This document shows, one piece after another, positions 51,051-60,541 of a stretch of 64,000 nucleotides of DNA. The position numbers and the translations under genes are program-made. The first letter of the stretch is position 1. Each line of letters starts with the position of its first letter. The notes under the pieces are model-generated. The model was not told the origin of the DNA, did not search any database, and was given only the letters and a program-made list of their open reading frames with translations. Source of the stretch: a virus; the IMG/VR virus record IMGVR_UViG_3300043773_000401, positions 32,001 to 96,000 of that record; one strand, 5' to 3'.

Positions 51051-51727
51051 TATCTAAGAACATTTTGTTTGTCATCTGCGGCCATGTCTACAGGTACCTG
51101 CATATTAATAGACATATCTTTTACCACCATTTGTTCAATCTCAGCAAGTAAGAAGTCTGGTATTTGTAAAGCCTGGCTTTGACGAATAGCACACTTCTGC
51201 TCCTCAGTTGTACACTGATAAATAGATATATCATCTTCAAAGATACCTTCAATACTAAGTGCATCCCAATCTACATTTGGTACATATATATAATCATTAA
51301 TATACCAATAATATTTCTTTTTATCATACTTAGCACCTGATGTATTTCTAGATGCTTGAAAAATAGCAGGTTGTGTAATGTATACATTCTCAGATCCATC
51401 TATAGAACTGATTGTTCTAAACAATGGACCAAAAGGACCTTCCATAATCCTAGGAAGCTTATCTTTAGTTCTCTTAAATGTAACATTAGATTTTACTCCA
51501 GCACAACATGCTTCTACTCTATCTACATCTATAAGTTCTACACAAGGTAAAGTTTTAAAGAAGCTCTGAAACTTTAAGATCTGGTTTAAAGAATCTTGTC
51601 TCTTAATAAGTAGTTTACCATACTTAATTATCTCACTGTAGATAAATCTATCTGTAAGAAATGGATCTTCCTTTACAGCTTTAAGAATGTTTCTAACACG
51701 TGATATTGCTTCTCCTATTGTTGTCAT
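51050..51727 (-). CDS. tail ring/tube protein (crAss-like)
   Basis: TLPCVELIDVD...CC...KRTKDKLP...YYWYINDYIY...IEGIFED pattern; follows the IHF-like gene. Confidence 0.6.
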   Translation of the reverse strand: MTTIGEAISRVRNILKAVKEDPFLTDRFIYSEIIKYGKLLIKRQDSLNQILKFQSFFKTLPCVELIDVDRVEACCAGVKSNVTFKRTKDKLPRIMEGPFGPLFRTISSIDGSENVYITQPAIFQASRNTSGAKYDKKKYYWYINDYIYVPNVDWDALSIEGIFEDDISIYQCTTEEQKCAIRQSQALQIPDFLLAEIEQMVVKDMSINMQVPVDMAADDKQNVLR

Positions 51728-52293
51728 ATTTCAAATTCATTATAGTCTTCTAAGGATTGATTTTCTCTTCTTTCCTTTAGAATACTTTTGGTGTATAAGT
51801 TAGATATAGTTCTGTAATTATCCACTACTACATATTTTTCCCAGTTTTCTTTAAATGCTCTTGAGACAGATCTCTTAAACTCCCTTGTTCCTTTGAATCC
51901 CCAGATTTCCCGATTCTCAAGTTTATATTTAGGGCTATAGTTAGTATAGATAATCTTAGAGATATTTCCATCAGTTTCCCAGTTTTTAGCTAATATACGT
52001 TTACCATACTTGATAGATTTTGTAACATCTACAATATCTCTGCTTATCTTATGTCTACCTATAAATATGTATCCTAACCCCTCTGGTAACTCTATTCCAT
52101 CTCTATTCTCTATTACCTGCTCCCACATATAAGTAGAAAACTTCTTCACTATATTAGAGAATTCTTTATTGCTTAGGTCTTTATATTTAGGATTCTTTTT
52201 TATGAATGCTTTATGTGCATCATCATTAAGTAGGTATTTAACCTTTTTCCTAAATCTAGGTCCCTTCACATCTGGTTTATTAAACTCTGCCAT
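51724..52293 (-). CDS. IHF/HU-like protein of the tail module
   Basis: Basic protein with helix-helix then IELPEGLGYIFI beta signature; IHF-like genes occur at this position in crAss-like phages. Confidence 0.55.
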   Translation of the reverse strand: MAEFNKPDVKGPRFRKKVKYLLNDDAHKAFIKKNPKYKDLSNKEFSNIVKKFSTYMWEQVIENRDGIELPEGLGYIFIGRHKISRDIVDVTKSIKYGKRILAKNWETDGNISKIIYTNYSPKYKLENREIWGFKGTREFKRSVSRAFKENWEKYVVVDNYRTISNLYTKSILKERRENQSLEDYNEFEI

Positions 52294-52300
52294 AGATATA

Positions 52301-52311
52301 CTAATTTACAA
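52301..52311 (-). promoter_or_regulatory. -7-type element TTGTAAATTAG
   Basis: Same motif as other virion-module intergenic sites; 7 nt before ATG 52293 and just downstream of a terminator. Confidence 0.5.
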
Positions 52312-52357
52312 ATTTTTTTCAAAGAATAAAAATAATTCTTTTACTAGTAACTACCAA

Positions 52358-52392
52358 ATAAAAAGACCCAGGGATTAGCCTGGGCCTCTTTT
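52358..52392 (-). terminator. intrinsic terminator
   Basis: Minus strand GGCCCAGG-CTAATC-CCTGGGTC followed by TTTTTATTT. Confidence 0.8.
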
Positions 52393-52429
52393 GTCAGTCA
52401 GGGAAACCAACAAACCATGACTTATTATT

Positions 52430-53617
52430 TTAGATACAATCTGCTTCAGTTAATGTAAGATTAGCATTAAATCCTGGAGCAGTTGCAAATGATCCCTCTT
52501 GTATCTGGAATGTACCTAAGTTTACTCCACCTGGGTTAAGAGCAATAGGTCCTGCTACATATATAACATTTTTAGTTAAATAGTCAGTGTAATAGTAGTA
52601 TGGTAATACAGTTCCTAAGTCTCCAGTTACAATAGCCGTAACTCTTTTACAGTTACAACATGTTCCTATAGGAGTAACATTATAAGCAGGGTCCAATACT
52701 GGTGCTCCAGTGCTTTCACAGAAGATAACTGGTACAGCAATTTCACCTTCTACATTCTGTACTGCTCCACATGAAGGAGAAGCAAATGTAGGACATGGAT
52801 CCATTGCTACTACAATAGCTCCTTGTACTTCTGGAGTACCTCCTACAAACTGTGCTTGTACTGGACCAGAACATCCTGTACCTAATGTACCTACAGTAAT
52901 AGTTTCTACTTGATAGTTTATATTAAATGTTGCTCCAGTTCCACCTGCTGGTGCTACTGTTGATGCTACATTTGTTGTACCTGGTAAGGTTGTATATGAT
53001 CCATTATTAAGTACTGTAAATGTTTGAATGCTTCCACCACCATCTACTGTATCTACTCTAATAGTTATAGGTGTTCCTGCTCCACCAGTAATTGTTATTA
53101 CATTTAATGGAGAGTATCCTGTACTTACATTAGGAAATGAAGATTGTACATTAAATGCTTCCATTGTAGTAACTGTTGCTGCTGAAGAAACAGAACAAGG
53201 ACCTCCTGTAAATGTTATAGTAGGAAAAGATAAATAAGCTTCTCCTGCAGAGTCAAGAGCTATACTTGCTACATCTGTAGTAATACATTCTACTTCATAA
53301 CTTAAACATGTAGGTACTTGAGTAAATGATACTGTAAAAGGTGTTCTAGCATCTAGTGAATCAATAGTTTCACAGATAGGTTGAACATATCCTTCATATT
53401 CATAAGGTCCGCAATCAGATACTACTGGAGTAGTTACTTGATTAGCTGTACCAAAACAATAATCTGCAGGTACTGAAAAATCAATAGTAAATGTCTGTGG
53501 TCCAATTGCAGCTACTGTATCTAGTAAACAACAATAGTTAGTTGTTCCTACTTGACGGTAGCAGATTCGGTGGTTACCACCATAGTTTGCTGTGTAATTA
53601 ATTGTAATTGTGCTCAT
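52430..53617 (-). CDS. tail fibre/spike-like structural protein
   Basis: Likely start MSTITINY at 53617 (AAAAACCAAA leader); G/T-rich beta repeats (ITFTGG, ITITGG, GSYT, GGTGATFNI); Cys-rich ends. Confidence 0.6.
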   Translation of the reverse strand: MSTITINYTANYGGNHRICYRQVGTTNYCCLLDTVAAIGPQTFTIDFSVPADYCFGTANQVTTPVVSDCGPYEYEGYVQPICETIDSLDARTPFTVSFTQVPTCLSYEVECITTDVASIALDSAGEAYLSFPTITFTGGPCSVSSAATVTTMEAFNVQSSFPNVSTGYSPLNVITITGGAGTPITIRVDTVDGGGSIQTFTVLNNGSYTTLPGTTNVASTVAPAGGTGATFNINYQVETITVGTLGTGCSGPVQAQFVGGTPEVQGAIVVAMDPCPTFASPSCGAVQNVEGEIAVPVIFCESTGAPVLDPAYNVTPIGTCCNCKRVTAIVTGDLGTVLPYYYYTDYLTKNVIYVAGPIALNPGGVNLGTFQIQEGSFATAPGFNANLTLTEADCI

Positions 53618-53619
53618 AT

Positions 53620-54165
53620 TTATGCTTTGGTTTTTATACTTAAGGTTACTGAATAACAAATACTAGGAGGAGAAATACAGTTTGATGCTACTCTAACTAA
53701 GTAAGTTGTGTTAGGTGTTAAGTTAGGAATAGTAGCAATTGTATTAGTTTGATTAGGAAATGTAGACCAAGTTGGTGCACTAGGTAGTTTATATTCTAAT
53801 GTATATGAGTTTGCACCTGAAGATGCCCAACCCATTGTTATATACGTTTGTCCTATCTCAGAAGGAAATAAGTTAAATGTAGATTTACAATTACCTGTAG
53901 CACAAGCTGTATTAGTTAAATAAATAGTCAACATTTGAATCATTGACTGCATACTCATATCAGCTGTAAAAGGTAGATCTGTAATAACAGCATCTTGATA
54001 AGTAATACATCTAGAGTTAAATATCTCATCACATACTGGTGGTTCTGGACAATCTCCAGGAGGACAAGTATATGTTGGTATAGTAGTAAGAGCAGTATCT
54101 TTACATCCACATCTTCCTGTTTGTGGACTTGTTGACTGACTGCATGTTTTACAATAGTGTGCCAT
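53620..54165 (-). CDS. Cys-rich structural protein with C-terminal fibronectin type III domain
   Basis: ITMGW...YTLEYK...W...IPNLTPNTTYLVRVAS is the FN3 signature. Confidence 0.75.
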   Translation of the reverse strand: MAHYCKTCSQSTSPQTGRCGCKDTALTTIPTYTCPPGDCPEPPVCDEIFNSRCITYQDAVITDLPFTADMSMQSMIQMLTIYLTNTACATGNCKSTFNLFPSEIGQTYITMGWASSGANSYTLEYKLPSAPTWSTFPNQTNTIATIPNLTPNTTYLVRVASNCISPPSICYSVTLSIKTKA

Positions 54166-54167
54166 AA

Positions 54168-55091
54168 TTAGTATGATGCTGATGCGTTAAACATTGTAGG
54201 AGCTGGACATGATGCTGCAGAACAACAATCTTGAAGATTACTTACAGCAGCTCTAAGATCACAGATAGTAATCCACATATTAGTAATACTATCTGCAAGT
54301 GTATTATAATTAGCATCTGGTACCCATCCTGCTAAACTTCCCATATTAGTTGCTGGGAAAGCAAGTGATGGACTAGCTGCTAAGTTAGGACACTGATATC
54401 CAATAGCTGTTAATATTTCTGTAGGACCACCTGTAGCATTTTGTAATGCACAGAAAGCAGTTTCTAAGTTAGTAAGTACTGTTTGTATTAACCATCCATT
54501 AGGAGGATTAGTTCCTAATAAACAACTATTTAAGATATAAATTTGTTGTGGTGTAGGAGGATTGCAACAGTTAGCTTCTATATAACTTATTCTTGTTTCG
54601 TGATTAGCAAGAGTAATATTAATAGTTTGAATCTCACTTACTAATGTACATACCTTAGTAGCTATTGCTTTAACATAATCTGTTAATTGCATTGTAGTAA
54701 CCAGGTCTCCTGTTTGATTTACATATTGAAAACATGGAGCTATGTTAATAAAGCAATTAGTGGGACAATCAGAGTTAAAACTTTTAGGATCTACCTGACT
54801 AGGGGTAGTAGTACCTTCACAACAATCACAATACTTATTAATAAGTAATTGTATAAGATCATGAATATTTTGAGGAGCAGGACATATTGTAGATAAACAG
54901 TTAAGGTCAAATGTAGATACATCTAATTGACCTAATAGATCACATAATTCCTGGGCTAATTTAGCTACCACATCTGATACAGAATCTCCCTTACATAATT
55001 GAATGCATGGGATATCTGGTCCTTGCCAAACTACACAGTTTGAGGATAGTGGCACACAGCCTTCTTGATTGTCTTTATTTGTTGGTATCAT
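54168..55091 (-). CDS. Cys-rich structural (collar/fibre-associated) protein
   Basis: SSNCVVWQGPDIPC N-terminus, short coiled coil (ITLANHETRISYIE), many Cys. Confidence 0.6.
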   Translation of the reverse strand: MIPTNKDNQEGCVPLSSNCVVWQGPDIPCIQLCKGDSVSDVVAKLAQELCDLLGQLDVSTFDLNCLSTICPAPQNIHDLIQLLINKYCDCCEGTTTPSQVDPKSFNSDCPTNCFINIAPCFQYVNQTGDLVTTMQLTDYVKAIATKVCTLVSEIQTINITLANHETRISYIEANCCNPPTPQQIYILNSCLLGTNPPNGWLIQTVLTNLETAFCALQNATGGPTEILTAIGYQCPNLAASPSLAFPATNMGSLAGWVPDANYNTLADSITNMWITICDLRAAVSNLQDCCSAASCPAPTMFNASASY

Positions 55092-55097
55092 ACCTTT

Positions 55098-55129
55098 TTA
55101 ATATACAAAAATTATTTAACTAAATCAAA
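55098..55129 (-). promoter_or_regulatory. Bacteroidota-like promoter TTTG-N20-TATATTAA
   Basis: TTTG (55129-55126), 20-nt spacer, TATATTAA (55105-55098), 6 nt before ATG 55091. Confidence 0.6.
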
Positions 55130-55130
55130 T

Positions 55131-55580
55131 TCATATTTCACCATAAGATGCAAATGTTGTTACTAAAGTAGCTGGTTCACAAAGTAAAGGTGTTGGTGTA
55201 GGATATACACATACAGGTTCTGCCTCTGTAGATACTGTAACAGGAACACATAGTGTTGGATCAAATAACATTGATAAATCAGATAGCTGTTTCTTAATCC
55301 ATATCTTATCAAAGTTTACTGGACAAGAAGCTTCTATACCATATCTTAATTGTTTTACTTGTTCATAGTATGCATTACCAAACTTTACATTAGCTTCTAT
55401 ATCACATCTAGATCTTGTAATTCTATAAAACTCTTTACTATACTTAGGTATAGATCTAATAGGTGGTGGAGCTGGAACAGGTTCTGGTTCTACACAACAC
55501 TCACATAGGTCTATTAACCAACCATCAGCTTGTGGTGGAGGACATGTACATTCTTCTATTAACCAGCCTATAAAATTCAT
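55131..55580 (-). CDS. Cys/Pro-rich hypothetical structural protein
   Basis: 149 aa; duplicated GWLI(E/D)xC motif; RYGIEASC. Confidence 0.6.
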   Translation of the reverse strand: MNFIGWLIEECTCPPPQADGWLIDLCECCVEPEPVPAPPPIRSIPKYSKEFYRITRSRCDIEANVKFGNAYYEQVKQLRYGIEASCPVNFDKIWIKKQLSDLSMLFDPTLCVPVTVSTEAEPVCVYPTPTPLLCEPATLVTTFASYGEI

Positions 55581-55584
55581 AATA

Positions 55585-56907
55585 TTATGGTATTACTTCT
55601 TCACAAATTGCTTCCATATCACAGTCTTGTATAATTTCTTCTATAGTCCAACATATAGATGGAAGATAATCAGAAACTGCTAAACAAGGTGATACAGAGT
55701 TACCTCCACTCCAATTAATTGTAACACTAGCACCTACACCATAAGATGATAATAATGTATTTGTACCAACATTATATATATCTTTTATAATTACTTCTCT
55801 AGTGCCATTACACTCTTTAAGTCTAACACATAAAGTGTTTTCATACTCTGTCCATACTGCATAAAATTCAGGTTCAGGTACTTCAGGATCAGCTATTTGC
55901 GGAGCATCAGCAATTGCAGTAGGTGCAAGATTTGCAGGAAATGTTAAAGGAATATCTGATGTATTTTGTGTAGTTATACTATAGTGTAATCCTGGAGGTG
56001 TACCATTAAAGTTAGTACATAAGAATCCTAAAAATTCAGTAACTGGTGATGGAGTAGATGTAACTATTTTATAGAAATGAGCACCTCTTACATTATCAGG
56101 ACTAAAGAGAACAGTAGGTGATGCAATACCCCATGTAGTTCCATATGTTTCTGAAAATAAAATACCACCATTTAAGTCTGTTGCCCAGAAGTTACTGTCA
56201 CCAAACCAAGTTAAATGTTCTCCAATTCTTATTCCATAGTCATGTCTAGTTAAGAAATTAACTCCTGAATCTAATGATTGAGCTATACCTTGATCAGCAA
56301 GTACAGTAATTCTATAACTACCAGATCCTTGTTGTGCTATATGAATACCTTTTATTAATACACAGTTTTGTCCATTAATAGCAATAGGTAAATCAAAGTT
56401 TGTAGATATCCATGTATTTGTACTATCAGTAGTATAATATACTTTATTACCTATAGCCACAACTCCAAGATTAGGAGTAGGAAAATGTACTGCCATTGCT
56501 GGAGATTGAGTAGAAGCAGTAGATGGTAATGTCCTACTTTCAAATGTAGCACCTCCATTTATAGATCTTAAAATTACCGGATTACCTGTAACTTCATCTT
56601 GACCTACTGCATATACAAATGTTGCACTCTGTACCCATACTTCATAGATTACTGTTGGTATACTACCAGGTCCTACAATATTAGAAGGTGTCCATGTTGA
56701 TCCTCCATTAGAACTAAACCAAACAGATGCAGTTCCAGGAGTAGTATGTCTACCTACTGCAATTACTCTTATAGAGTTACCTGGAAATGCCATAATATCA
56801 TATAGAGTATCTACATTTGCTATACTGGCATTAGACCAGGTAGAAGTACTATGATCATACTTTCTAGCATATCCGTAATTTCCACAGTAGTATGTTAATG
56901 TTGCCAT
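55585..56907 (-). CDS. BNR/Asp-box beta-propeller protein (putative receptor-binding)
   Basis: Asp-box-like repeats SSNGGSTW, SINGGATF, TTDSTNTW, SLDSGVNF, SETYGTTW. Confidence 0.75.
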   Translation of the reverse strand: MATLTYYCGNYGYARKYDHSTSTWSNASIANVDTLYDIMAFPGNSIRVIAVGRHTTPGTASVWFSSNGGSTWTPSNIVGPGSIPTVIYEVWVQSATFVYAVGQDEVTGNPVILRSINGGATFESRTLPSTASTQSPAMAVHFPTPNLGVVAIGNKVYYTTDSTNTWISTNFDLPIAINGQNCVLIKGIHIAQQGSGSYRITVLADQGIAQSLDSGVNFLTRHDYGIRIGEHLTWFGDSNFWATDLNGGILFSETYGTTWGIASPTVLFSPDNVRGAHFYKIVTSTPSPVTEFLGFLCTNFNGTPPGLHYSITTQNTSDIPLTFPANLAPTAIADAPQIADPEVPEPEFYAVWTEYENTLCVRLKECNGTREVIIKDIYNVGTNTLLSSYGVGASVTINWSGGNSVSPCLAVSDYLPSICWTIEEIIQDCDMEAICEEVIP

Positions 56908-57092
56908 TACTTTTTATAATTTATTGAATTAATTGTAGCTGCTAAATGAGTATTACTAGGTTTTGCTGTTGGTAAGTTTGCTGCTGTTCTATTATAAGAT
57001 GCAACACAATTACTACATACTATTTTACCATCTGCTGCTGTTCTCTTTTGGCATCCACAACTTAATTGAGATTTACAATTTACACATGTCAT
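56907..57092 (-). CDS. small Cys-rich (Zn-finger-like) protein
   Basis: CVNC...SCGCQ...CSNC in 61 aa; AAAAACCAAA leader; TAATG coupling to the next gene. Confidence 0.7.
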   Translation of the reverse strand: MTCVNCKSQLSCGCQKRTAADGKIVCSNCVASYNRTAANLPTAKPSNTHLAATINSINYKK

Positions 57093-57114
57093 ATTCTTTG
57101 GTTTTTATTTGTTA

Positions 57115-57675
57115 CTAACATAAGTCATTGCATCCACATCCACAAGCTAGTTTCTTAAGTTTTTTGTAAACATAGTTGTACATATCCATACCTTTAGTAG
57201 GATGATGACAATATTCTACTTCTACTTTAGCAGCTTGTAATTGTGTTTGCAGTAATTGAAGCTCTCTAACCTTATCTTTAATAGGTTTTTGAGGTTCACA
57301 TGCAGCTAAGTCCATACAGCAAAGTATCTGATTAATCAGATTTAAAGCATTAGTAATCCTAAGATGATTATATTCTACATACACATATTCATTAGGAGAT
57401 ACAGAATATCTTACTACATATACACCATCTGGTAGATCTTGAATAATCTGACCACAGTTATATATCTGTAATCCCATATCACATGCTGTAATATTCTCAG
57501 TAAAGTTCTCAGTTAGATCTGGTACTTCATAAGATTGATAGAATCCAGGAGGTGTTATCTGTAATTTAGGACATTCTACTGGAACATCTTCACTGTATAT
57601 ACTAGTGTCTATAACTCTTATAATACACTTATTTAAAGTATCAGGAATTTCTAAGCTTAATGTATGCTTTGCCAT
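57115..57675 (-). CDS. putative structural protein (Ig-like plus helical, Cys-rich)
   Basis: LQITPPGF, LPDGVYVVRYSVSPN, C-terminal CGCGC. Confidence 0.6.
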   Translation of the reverse strand: MAKHTLSLEIPDTLNKCIIRVIDTSIYSEDVPVECPKLQITPPGFYQSYEVPDLTENFTENITACDMGLQIYNCGQIIQDLPDGVYVVRYSVSPNEYVYVEYNHLRITNALNLINQILCCMDLAACEPQKPIKDKVRELQLLQTQLQAAKVEVEYCHHPTKGMDMYNYVYKKLKKLACGCGCNDLC

Positions 57676-57679
57676 AGTA

Positions 57680-57690
57680 CTAATTTACAT
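57680..57690 (-). promoter_or_regulatory. -7-type element ATGTAAATTAG
   Basis: 4 nt before ATG 57675, directly downstream of a terminator. Confidence 0.45.
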
Positions 57691-57700
57691 ATAATAATTG

Positions 57701-57742
57701 AAAAAGAAAAAGGGAGAGGAGAGATTTTACTCCCACTCTCCC
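57701..57742 (-). terminator. intrinsic terminator
   Basis: Minus strand GGGAGAGTGGGAG-TAAAAT-CTCTCCTCTCCC followed by TTTTTCTTTTT. Confidence 0.8.
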
Positions 57743-57771
57743 AATTTTCTATAAGTTATACTAGTGTGAGA

Positions 57772-59160
57772 TTATGCTAATACTCCAGGAATGATTGCTA
57801 CACCACGGCAGTCAAAACATCCTACATACTCAACACCTTTGCAAGGACCATTACATGCAGCTAACCAAGCATCCATGAATGTTTCAAATGCTGTAGCTCC
57901 AGGAGCAATGTTTAATCCACCAGCAAAGTTAGATAAGTTAGGAACAACAATCTCTAACAAGTACTGATCATTATCAAATACTCCAGTTGGGTTATTGAAA
58001 CGAGGTACATTGTGCTGTACATAGAAACGGCTATAGAAAGCATTTCTGTTAGGTATAGCTAAGTTAAAGTCATAACCTTGAGTTACTTCACGGATACGAA
58101 GATCAGAGTTAGTAGCAAAGTAGTTCTGCTGATAAGACTCAGATAAAATTAAACTCTTAAGAGCTGTATCACCAAATCCAGTACCTTGACGTGGAGCACA
58201 TTCTTCTACTACACAGATACCTGTAAATAAACAAGGATCTCCAGTGTAATCTACTTCAGAAGGAAGAATCTTAACTAATTCTTTTTCATAGAAGTCATTA
58301 GGATAGAATGTACAGTTTCCAAATACTGTATCTACATAAGCTCCAGTAAATGTCATACCAGCACATTCTCCTTCGAATGGACCAGCAGGAGATACGTAAA
58401 GATCCCAAGCTAAAGTACCAGCAGCAACTGCAGCATTATAAGTATCAATTGTATAAGATGGACCTACAGGAGCACCAGTTGTATCATAAATACGGATAGC
58501 AATGAATGGAGCAATCAACGGACTGTTGAAGAATTGCTTAGCCCATCCAATGTAAACTAATGTAGGATCTACTGCTACAGGAGCTGTATCATCAACACAA
58601 CATCCAGTGTAGTAATCTGCAGTATAGTATGAGTTACGAGTTAAGAAACGTAATGCTGGAGATCCTTTGATGTCAAGACGTAAATAGTAAGTCTCATCAC
58701 ACAAGAAATCTTTGCAACATCCTGTATTCTCAACAGTGTAAGGTGTAGAACCTACGTGCACAATATTCTGAATAGGAGCACAAGGGTCAACACGGTAAGC
58801 ACGTGATACATACTTAGCATTGATTACTTTAGATTTAGTAGTCTCTTTATAACCACCAGCAAAAGGTCCAATCTTGTCATTGTGAAAGATAGGAGAGCTA
58901 GCAATGATAATAGGACAACAATCTTCTGGAGTAGATAAAGGTGCTAATGAAGTGTAAGTTTCTGAATTAAATACACCATAAACTCCATAAGGATTTGGAT
59001 CAGGTACAGTGTTGTAAGTACCATTAGATAATTCTACGGTAGCAACACCTGAAGACAACAACATACCAGTATTATCAATACCAGCAACTGTTGGAGATGC
59101 AACTTGAGCAGGGTGCCCACCCAAGAAGACCTTGTTAAACGCATGATTAAAATAAGCCAT
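57772..59160 (-). CDS. abundant structural protein (capsid auxiliary/decoration-like)
   Basis: 462 aa with own promoter and terminator; CGT/TAC/TTC codons suggest high expression; HNVPRFNNPTGVFDND motif. Confidence 0.55.
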   Translation of the reverse strand: MAYFNHAFNKVFLGGHPAQVASPTVAGIDNTGMLLSSGVATVELSNGTYNTVPDPNPYGVYGVFNSETYTSLAPLSTPEDCCPIIIASSPIFHNDKIGPFAGGYKETTKSKVINAKYVSRAYRVDPCAPIQNIVHVGSTPYTVENTGCCKDFLCDETYYLRLDIKGSPALRFLTRNSYYTADYYTGCCVDDTAPVAVDPTLVYIGWAKQFFNSPLIAPFIAIRIYDTTGAPVGPSYTIDTYNAAVAAGTLAWDLYVSPAGPFEGECAGMTFTGAYVDTVFGNCTFYPNDFYEKELVKILPSEVDYTGDPCLFTGICVVEECAPRQGTGFGDTALKSLILSESYQQNYFATNSDLRIREVTQGYDFNLAIPNRNAFYSRFYVQHNVPRFNNPTGVFDNDQYLLEIVVPNLSNFAGGLNIAPGATAFETFMDAWLAACNGPCKGVEYVGCFDCRGVAIIPGVLA

Positions 59161-59198
59161 TGTTTTTTGTTTTAAAAGTTATACAAATAAATAATAAT

Positions 59199-59230
59199 AT
59201 AATATAAGTAATAGTTTACTAATATCCAAA
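59199..59230 (-). promoter_or_regulatory. Bacteroidota-like promoter TTTG-N20-TATATTAT
   Basis: TTTG (59230-59227), 20-nt spacer, TATATTAT (59206-59199), upstream of ATG 59160. Confidence 0.6.
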
Positions 59231-59231
59231 T

Positions 59232-59825
59232 TTACCCCATCATTTCATCATCTAGCAGACGGAGAGCTATCTTGTCTGTACCAAATGCTTCTAGACGGTC
59301 CATCCAGTTTTGCATCTTGCCCATCTCTTCTACTTGTTCTTTAAGATAACCTAATGCTAGTTCATACATAATATGATCACCTCTCATTAAAGCTTTAGAA
59401 GCTAGATCTTTAATTTGAGAACTAATCTCAATCTCATGATCATATGACTTCTGAATAATCTCAGGTAATCCACCTGGATAGTTTTGTTCTGGTTGATCAA
59501 GTACAGGAGTTAATGGTTGTAAACCAAATGATAAGACATACTTACGTGCTATATCAGCATGACCCATTTCTTCTGCAGAATATCCATTCCATTGTTTAGC
59601 AGCACCTAGATAACCTTTGTCATCTAACCACATTGCCATAGACTTATATATTCTAGCAGAATATTCTTCCTGTTGTATACGGTAGTTAAGATAATCTAAA
59701 CCTTCTTGTGAGATTAAAGGATTGTCTGTCTTAAGTGGAGGAGCTCCTTTTAAACCTGAAACACCAACTACTTTTGGTGCTGAGCTTGCATCTCCTGTTC
59801 TTTTAAGCATTCTATTGTTTTCCAT
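59232..59825 (-). CDS. ftn: ferritin (non-heme, FtnA-like)
   Basis: Ferroxidase-centre pattern QEEYSARIYKSMAMW, EEMGHA, HEIEIS, EQVEE and terminal LLD. Confidence 0.88.
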   Translation of the reverse strand: MENNRMLKRTGDASSAPKVVGVSGLKGAPPLKTDNPLISQEGLDYLNYRIQQEEYSARIYKSMAMWLDDKGYLGAAKQWNGYSAEEMGHADIARKYVLSFGLQPLTPVLDQPEQNYPGGLPEIIQKSYDHEIEISSQIKDLASKALMRGDHIMYELALGYLKEQVEEMGKMQNWMDRLEAFGTDKIALRLLDDEMMG

Positions 59826-59836
59826 TTATATAAAAA

Positions 59837-60541
59837 TTAATTGTTCTGTTCTCCTGATTGAGCATTAATCTGTACTTGAGCAATAGATTCTATATCACCT
59901 GCTATAATAGCACAAGCCTCATCAATAAGAACTTCAGTAATGTCATCCTTGAATTCACATTCTACATTAGTAGTACTAATTAGACCTGTGTATGGATCAA
60001 CACAACCTTCAATCTGTATATTGATAGGCTTTCTATAGAAGTATAAATCTATATTTTCTAGATCAAACTCATTGTTTGTATATATCCTAAGTTTATTATT
60101 AATAAGGGTCATAAAAGTTTCTCCCCATTCAAAACTAGGTTTCTTAAGATAATCTCTAAGTAAGTTAGGTACGTTAGCTTCTTCTGCTAAATATACTACC
60201 ATTTCTTTGTTAGTACAGCATTCTGAAAAAGCTGATAGATGAACTCTCTTAAACTCCATATAGTTTTCTGGAAGATCCAGAGTAGTTTCATAATAACCAT
60301 CAAACTTACTTAGATCTAGGGTAGACTTATTTAACAATATCTGTAAGTCATCTACTCTTCTCTTAGATTGTTCATCTCCTTGTTTAAGAATATTAGTACC
60401 AACAAGCTGTCTACGGCACCATTGAATCATGCCTTTATTGAATGCTTCTATTATTTGCCAACATTCAATATTGTCATAATCCTGGCTATCTAACTTGTTT
60501 AGCCTTTGCTTAACCTTTATTTGGAGTGTTGAATTTAACAT
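59837..60541 (-). CDS. head-tail ring/adaptor protein (crAss-like)
   Basis: RLNKLDSQ...EQSKRRVDDLQIL...LPENY...KPSFEW...YFYRKP...CEF pattern. Confidence 0.65.
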   Translation of the reverse strand: MLNSTLQIKVKQRLNKLDSQDYDNIECWQIIEAFNKGMIQWCRRQLVGTNILKQGDEQSKRRVDDLQILLNKSTLDLSKFDGYYETTLDLPENYMEFKRVHLSAFSECCTNKEMVVYLAEEANVPNLLRDYLKKPSFEWGETFMTLINNKLRIYTNNEFDLENIDLYFYRKPINIQIEGCVDPYTGLISTTNVECEFKDDITEVLIDEACAIIAGDIESIAQVQINAQSGEQNN

